This document shows, one piece after another, positions 56,260 to 64,000 of a stretch of 64,000 nucleotides of DNA. The notes below the pieces were generated by a model that was not told the origin of the DNA, ran no database searches, and saw nothing but the letters and a program-made list of their open reading frames with translations. Every line of letters begins with the position of its first letter. The stretch's first letter is position 1. Origin of the DNA: Monocercomonoides exilis PA203 (Eukaryota; Protista; Preaxostyla); the NCBI GenBank assembly GCA_001643675.2, contig LSRY02000053.1:372001-436000 (forward strand), written 5' to 3'. The position numbers were made by a program, and so were the translations under genes.

Positions 56260-56973
56260 TTATGCAACATTTGAATAATAAAAATAGTAATTTGAACTAT
56301 GTCCTTCATCAGCAATTAAACGAAAATATCCATTCTCTCCCCATCTTGTTCCCATTGAATTTTGGCAAAGCCAGAATGGCACATTTCCCTCCATTCCCCA
56401 ACCAATTAACAAGGCACTTCTTGAAAGATCATTCGAGCTAGGTGTGTAAATTCCTCTTCTATAATTGTAAAAGTCCTTTCCTGCGGAGAATTTGATAAGC
56501 ATTGGTCCATCATCAACGAGAAGCATTTTTATCTTTTCCACTTCTTTACTTGAAGTAGAATAGTCCGATGCACGATATTTTGTAAAATTTCCCCCGTTCA
56601 CACATTTTGAAGGGCACTGTGGAACTCTACCATCATTAGACACGTATGGAAAGCATGATTCTGATGGTATTCCCGAATCAAGAAATCTCATATCATCATA
56701 TCCTGAGCCTTGTGAATTACATGTGTACCTTTGGCATGAAATAATATATTGCGCAGACAACTTTAAATATTCATATCCCTTTTTGGCTCTACGGATTGCT
56801 AATTGACTTGCAGCAGCAAACGCAGAGCTAATGGGACAGCGTCCTTCATTTGGAACAGGCTCAAAATAGTTAGCAGGATATAAATACCGAATATCAAAAC
56901 TTGGAGGTGAGTTAACACCTTTATTTTCTAAAGTTTTCAAAACAATTAATTGAAACACAAAAAAGGAAAGCAT
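56260..56973 (-). CDS. Cathepsin B-like (papain C1A) inactive peptidase homologue
   Basis: PPSFDIR, LSAQYIISC, GIPSESCFPY, CPSKC, DGPM, DFYNYRRGIY, LIGWG, FWLCQNSMGTRWGENGYFR. The catalytic Cys and His are absent. Confidence 0.88.
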   Translation of the reverse strand: MLSFFVFQLIVLKTLENKGVNSPPSFDIRYLYPANYFEPVPNEGRCPISSAFAAASQLAIRRAKKGYEYLKLSAQYIISCQRYTCNSQGSGYDDMRFLDSGIPSESCFPYVSNDGRVPQCPSKCVNGGNFTKYRASDYSTSSKEVEKIKMLLVDDGPMLIKFSAGKDFYNYRRGIYTPSSNDLSRSALLIGWGMEGNVPFWLCQNSMGTRWGENGYFRLIADEGHSSNYYFYYSNVA

Positions 56974-58079
56974 TTATGATCAATTTAAAGTATAATTCAA
57001 GAAAATGTTAATAATTATTTTTGTGAACAAAAAATGTTCTTATCATGAAAAAAGAGTTAGATATTAAAATTATTAATATCTATATAGATTCCCTGATAAA
57101 ATTTCAAATGACAATTATGTTCTATTTATTGGTCAAAATTGAGAAATTCAGATTAATGTTGGAAAAAAAGTGTGGAACAAAATTCAAAAACTTATATATT
57201 TTATGCATTATGTTTTCATTGGATAATTTTTTTTGTGAAAATCTGAAATTATTCCATGAATAATGAAAATTTTAGTAAGATTTCAACACTTGTGTGAAGT
57301 TTATGTCAATGCGATTTTTCTACCTAAAAAAATGTTCAAAATCGATTTTCGCATAATCAAAATAGATAGGAAACAAAACTTTTTTGGGTTTCAAACAACA
57401 ATAAAATTAATTGATTAATTTATTGTTTTTGTTGCCCAAATTCTCATTTTGAATAATTTTGTGTTGAACAGAAAAATGGAATCCTTTTTAAACATGAATA
57501 AACCAAGATTAAAGAAGATTAATAACCTTCTGCTCAATTAGCTTGTTTTTTTGTTCATTCAGTTATCTGTTTGTTTTATAAGGAAAAAAAAGGTTCTCAC
57601 TTCTTTCATTTGTTGTTTTCTTTCAATTTTGCAAAAAGATGAACCAAACGTGTCTGAAGCATTCAAACAAAAAACAAAACACACAAATGCATCGCTGCAT
57701 ATAAATACATATAAATTACATATAAAATGCATACACACTGCATGCATACAAAATAAGAATAACTTCTTGTTTCACATGCACTCCAACTTTCATTGAAATA
57801 CTTTTCAAACAAAAAAAGTTGTGAAATTCTCAACAAATCAAACACACAAAAAACACATATATGAACACTCAAAAATCACTAAAATCTGAAAAAACTTCAA
57901 ATAAACGATTAACAAAATACAACGCGAAAGCAAAAGCATTCAATGAAATTATCTCTTTCATTTTCATATCTCAAATTCATTCCTTCATTAAATAGGATCT
58001 GCAAACGCGCCTTTCATCTCAGTGTTTTCTCATTCACAATCCTCATATTTTAAACTCTTTGTTTTGTTCATTTCCCGTT

Positions 58080-61000
58080 TCATCTCACTTTTTTCTCAAT
58101 TGTATTCCCCTTCCTTTTTTTGTTGCCATCCTTCTCATCCATCTCATCCCTTTCATCCCCCTCTTCTCTTCGTGTTTCTACCACATCCACTGCATCTGAC
58201 ATCGTCATCACTACTGCCTCCTTCGGGAAGTGCGAAATAAGCTCCTGCTTCACTTCCACAAGCGTCATCCTCCCTGAAGCCTCTTGCTCAACGCACCCCT
58301 TCACAACATTCCAAATTGAAGACTCCTCTGCAGCCAGCATATTCGGCATCTCAAATTTCCCTATCTTCTACCCTGCCACCTCTGCTGGATACTCTCCAAA
58401 TGGGATTTGAAGGGTCATGCACTCCCACAGCATCATCCCAATCGAGAATGAAACAGACTCCTTTGTTGCTCCCATCTTCTTGTTGATCTGCAACTCTGGT
58501 GCCTTCCACCTCAAGCACTCCTTCCTGTTGTCTTCATCATCCTCAAACGCTGATGACGGCAGAGAATCTCTGTCGTCGTCGTCATCATCATCAGCACTTG
58601 CAGATGTCACAACCGTTGATGAAGAGACGGATGAAGTGTCAGAGTCTGAGGAACAATCAGAGTGCAATGCAATGCAGATGACCATGTGCTCAGAGAACAA
58701 CACAATGTGGGGGCTGAGATTGGTCAGGGATTGGAGCGGATTATTCATTTCATCAAAGGAGTGGAGTGCCAAATTGACCACCCAGAACAGGATCTGAGCA
58801 GCCGAGACTTCCCGCTCCTGAAGAGTGCCAATCGCCATCTCTTTTGTCTTGTTCCTTCCATGCAACAGCATGAACAGCGAATCCCTCAAGTCCACAATCA
58901 GTTTCTCATGAGGCGAGGAGCATGCCATCGCATCCACCAGATTGGACATGGATGAAGTGGTTTGACATAAGTCCTCTCTCCAAACAAACGTGGATCCTGT
59001 GTCTGAAGTATCAGTGGTTGAAGTTGTTGAAGTGGATGAGATGGATGGTGATGGAGTCCGCTTCCTTGAAATATCATCTTCATCTTCTTCCAACTTTTCT
59101 AATGCCCATTCAGGAATCTTGTCTGAGTCTCTTCCCAGGATGTATTCTGTTGAACCACTCTCAGACAGAAGATGTTCTGATGATTCTGAATGTCCCAAGC
59201 TTTTCTCATACACTCTCTTCTTTATCCGATCTTCATTCTTCCTTTCTGCCTCCCTTTCTGCTCTTCGCCACTGCGCCTCAGGTAACATCTCCATCGTCAC
59301 CATCTCAATCAGTTTCGGATCCTTCCTCACTGTGCCTTCCACAATCACTTCCAACTCTTGTGTTCTTCTCTTTTGCTTTCTCCATCGAACAATGAATATC
59401 ACAGATACAATCAGAACAATCAATAGAATTATTGCCATGATTATTACAATCAACAACCAATAGGATTTTCCTTCTTTTCCTCCTTCAACAATCTTTTCAT
59501 CATCTTTTTGTTTTGTTTCACTTGCATTCTTCAGAATAAATGACTGAGTTGATGGTGGAGATTCTTCATTCCCAAATAAAATATGCACACTCACTTCTAT
59601 TTCATCTCCACAACTGCTGATCAGATCTTTTGCCACACTTCCTTCAACTTCTCTTTCTGATAAAAACCCATTTGAATCAAAATCGTAATGTTCAATCTCT
59701 TTCTCTTCTCCTTTCCTCTTCACAACTGAGAATGACAGATTGCATGGAACAAGAAGCATCCCTTTGAATGTCAGCTTCATTCTGTCTGTCTCTTCTTTTG
59801 CTTCAACACTTTCCAGAACAGGAATGAAGAACGATGAATCCCTTTCTGAGGCAATCCCTTCAAAACTGCACCCTTCATTCAACATCCAAAGTGATGTGTT
59901 TGGTAAAACTCCATATCCTCCTTTCAAACTCATCACATTCAATATTCCTGAATCTGAACAGATGATATTTCTTCTCAACGATGGATATCCTTCAATTGAT
60001 GGATTGTTATTGGAGAAATTCCCTGCTTCAATTATCACATTTCCTCCACTCATTGTTATTCCACCATCTGATGAATTTGATATTGTTGCATCTTTCATCA
60101 TCACAGAACTATTCACAACATCCACGACAGATCCATCCCATCTTCACAACTCTTCTCCTGAATTTAAATATTGCTCATTTCTTTCCTTTGAACTCTCATC
60201 AAAAATGCAACTGTCCATTTTCACATGAAAACAATTCTCCGATTTCATCAATTTCCCTTTTGTTGTTTTTGAGCCGACTCCATCCATTGTGCAATTTGCC
60301 AATTCCATTGTCTTTTTCATTGACGAGCACTAGATCAATGATTCTTCATTTCCTTCAATTGTGATATTCTCTGTATTGAAATCCTTAATTGTTAATTGAC
60401 CACATTCATTAATATCTAACAGAGAAGTTTTAATTGTTGAATTGGATATTGTTAATGAATCAATAACTAACAGAGAATTTGATGAAAGATACAGCGCAGA
60501 TTCTTGAAGAATGAGATTTGATATTGAGCATCCATCAAGTTGCAATTCTCCTTTTTCCATATTAATAATGTGAAATGGAATGTTTGCAAATTCTGCATTA
60601 ACACCTTCCACTGGTTGTTTTGAACTGAATGAACAATTCATCATTTCAAGAATTCCTCCCTCTGGTGATATTAATGATTCATGCGAAGAGATGAAATTCG
60701 AATCATAAACAAAGCCCATTCTCAACAATGAGACTGTTTCTCTTGTTGAAATCAAAGAATTCTTTTCACTTGTTATCTCTGATTTCACTTCAACTTCACA
60801 CGCTTCTCTGCTCTTCGAACTCAAACTCATTTCCTTCAGATCAATTTCTCCTCCTATCACACTTTCTTCAACAACAAATATCAGACTCAGAATATCTGAG
60901 GTCAAATGAGAAAGGCCATGATCAATTGAATAGCATGGAAGAACATTTGTTCCACATTGTCTTTCATTCAAACCATTCAAGCTGCTCACAATGATTGTGT

Positions 61001-64000
61001 CGCTCTGATGAATTGTTACATATTCAATCAGATCTGTATCTTCTTTGTGTTCACAACTATCAATTCCATATATCGCATTCATCCGCGAATAATGATTCTC
61101 TCGAAGATCAAACTGAAATTGGCTTTCATTGATCTGAGATGAGATGTTGAAACATTCAATATAAATGTCATTCCCCACTTTTGCTGTGTTTGAACTGAAT
61201 TTCATTCCCACAAATGTGAAATCCAATTCTCCTCTTTCCTTTGTCGCCAGATACACCCCTCCTCCTTTCCCATTAGTGCAGCTGCATTGACTGATTGTTG
61301 AGTCAATCATCTTCATTGATCCAGATGCACCTAACATGAAGAATAATGCCCCTCCTTTTTCACTTGTTTCTGCTTTGTCTTCTGTGATATTGCTCGAATT
61401 CACAACAAAATCAATCTTTTTCTCACTCTTCGAAATCAAAATGCTTGCTCCATTGTCACTTCTCTTCACTCCTGAAAATGATGATTTCTCAATCTCAATA
61501 TTTGTTCCTTCTTCACCTCCTTCATTTATCTTTGTTGTTAATTCAGTTCCTTTGAACAGAAGAAGACATCCTCTACTTTCATTCAACGATTCCACTCGAA
61601 CATTCACAAAATGGCAAGAAACTTCAACATCATGTATTGCAAAAATGCTATTTCCAACATTGCATGATTCCATCGACAGATCATTCACTTCCACAGTTCC
61701 TCCAATCGCACCCACAAACACGCAATCAAATCCATTGTTCATTCTTGCTTCTGAATGGAATAAACATCCAGTTATCACCAACTCACCAGCTCTGTTTGAA
61801 ATAATCGTTTTGGCTGAGTTGTCAAATCCCGATGTTAATTGGAGCTGGATATTTGTCAATTCAAGATGGTCATCATTTCCCATGAAATAATCCAGTTGAC
61901 TCCCAATTGACTTTTCAAAATTCAATATTGCTTTCACATTCTCTTCTCCCATTGACGATGCCTTTTTGATCTGATAGTTGGACATGTTGAATGAATCTCT
62001 AATAACGGTTGATCCTTCAATCTGAATTGTTTTCTTTCCAATCTCCTTTTTCATGCATTCCATCCCTTTTCACATCGTTTTGCATGGTTCTTTCTCACTT
62101 CCGCATCTTGCAACATCATATCCTTCAGATGAGATGAATATCTCAAATGAGCTGAATGGAATGAGGAACATGAACAAATCTATGTTTGAATGAAAATCAT
62201 CACTCCCCACAAATAAATTGTCATCATTTATCATTGATGAATAATCAAACTTGAATGACTCATTTGTCACAGAAGAATTAAAATCCTTACCCAAAATAAA
62301 TATATTCTTTCCAATGGCTGCTTTGTTGTTTGCAAACGAGACGTTTTCTAAAAGAAATGGCTTCTCATTCAAACAATTTTCACAATCCAGATGCAAGAAT
62401 CCTCCTTTCCCATTGTTTGAAGAAAATGAACAAAATGATGCATTTGTTGATTTAATGATCAAATCTTCGTCATTTTTCAATATCACTCTTGCAACGCCTC
62501 CTTCTTCACCGCTTCTAGTGTTCACAATATTTGAAAAGTTGTTCTTTTCAAACAATACAGAAGAAGCCATTACAAATGGAGAATTTGAAAATGAATAATC
62601 TGTCAGACTGCATCCTTTCAGCGTGCAACTTCCACTGGTTGTGGTTATCAACGAATATTGAATTATTTTTGATAATTGATTTTCAAAGGAACAGTTTTCA
62701 AATTGAAGATGTTCGCTTGATGAGATCAAGGAATTCATACTTGGCACAAATTGACTTGGAATCTGTAACTTCAAAGCTAAAAAGCTGAGTGTCTTAATTG
62801 ATGAAATAACAGTTTGAGATGATGAAGAATCTCCATTTATTGCTCCTTCAAAATAAACTGTTTTGTGTTTGGTTTCATCTCCCTCATTCACACACCCATC
62901 AATCATTAGTGCATCTCTAAACGAAAAAACATTTTCAATTGTCCCTTCATCCCTCACTTTCACTTTCCTTTCTTCTCCAACTGCTGCACTTCTGTCAATG
63001 TGGTCAATTCCACTTTTCATTGATTGACATGGGAATATCTCATCTCCACATCCCAATGTGTCATGCCCACCAGTCGATACAGACACCTCCACCCACTTCA
63101 GAGAAACAAGAAACACTCGAAGATCCATTTCCCCATATTTCCCATCTTCTCCAACAAATGCATTCCCATCATCCTTGTAATCTGTGCAATCAATTGCAAA
63201 ACGCTCTGTCTTCACACTGTTCACCAGATTCCCACTCTTCACAAACATGTTCTTCCCAACTGCTGCTGAACATCCAGAAAACGATATTGATGAAAGTTGA
63301 AATGCTTCTTCATTCAGACTCCAATCCAGATAAATCCCTCCTCCTTTTCCTCCATTATTCACATCTTCACTCACACAGCAGCTGGATAAGGTGGTGTTGC
63401 TCACAGAAAATGTGTTGGCAGGGGCAGATGAGGTGAATGAGATGCACCCGCCATTGGTGGTAGTCTGTTGGTTTTGTGGAGCTGAGTTGATGTTGGTGAT
63501 GGTGCAGTTGGTGATAGCGAGGGAGAGGGCAGGGGAGGTGGCAGAGGAGAGGACACAGCTGGAGGGGGAGGCTGTGGAGGTGATGCCAGTGATGTTGGAG
63601 GAGTTGAGGGTGAGGGGAGCGGTGAGGGAGGTGAGGTGGAAGATGATTTGGCTGCTGAGGGAGAGTTGGGTGATTGCTGTGTGGTTGAGGGCGAGGGAGC
63701 CAGCAGTGAGGAAGAAGAGGGGGGTTTTTATTGTTATGGAGGTTGTTCCGGTGATAGTGGTTGTGTTGAGGTTGAGGGAATGGGAGTTATAGGAGAGGTG
63801 GAAGAGGATGGGGGTGATTGCATTTGTGGAGTTGTGGGAGATGGCGAGGGCAGAGACTGTGAGGGAGCCCTGTGTTTGTTGGAAGAGGGAAGAAGTGGCA
63901 GATGGATCGGGGGATGATGATGTTGAGTAAAATGATGATGGAGGTTTAAGAATTCTGCTGTAGGCGATGATGGTGGCATCTGTTACATTTCCTGTGATTT
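58080..64000 (-). pseudogene. Disrupted giant receptor-like protein: beta-helix repeat ectodomain, TM helix, degenerate kinase-like domain; 5' end beyond the window
   Basis: Collinear ORFs separated by in-frame stops (62070, 60330, ~60225) and a frameshift near 58360. TM segment YWLLIVII...VIFIVRWRK. Kinase C-lobe RWKAPE..SFSIGMMLWE..PF without HRD or DFG. Confidence 0.78.

Noticed and set aside
62068-62072. Selenocysteine or readthrough at an in-frame TGA
   Set aside because: The same gene has further TAG/TGA stops and a frameshift, so ordinary pseudogenisation explains it.

Overview
AT-rich eukaryotic DNA with short GT-AG introns, standard genetic code and very long Ser/Glu/Lys low-complexity ORFs. 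Gene families and style suggest an oxymonad such as Monocercomonoides (inference). The clearest structure is a complete 4.65-kb DIRS1-type tyrosine-recombinase retrotransposon (16597-21242). It has inverted terminal repeats, an internal complementary region (ICR) that spells out the circle junction, an AAT at both ends, gag/pol/recombinase in three overlapping frames and a Dam-like methyltransferase domain. Gag and the recombinase each carry one in-frame stop. Two copies of a foldback/MITE-like DNA element built from 21-bp repeats lie at 26598-27280 and 32116-33067. Host genes are: a >2370-aa coiled-coil protein running off the left edge, TAF7, an orphan 817-aa protein, a disrupted P-loop GTPase, Nop16, a ~3700-aa CEP350/DUF4378-like protein directly beside an OFD1/FOP-like LisH gene, a phosphatidylserine synthase homologue with altered catalytic residues and a ~1150-aa insertion, a catalytically dead cathepsin B-like protein, and disrupted members of two expanded families (helical hypothetical proteins and beta-helix receptor pseudokinases). 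All family calls come from motif recognition by eye; no searches were run.
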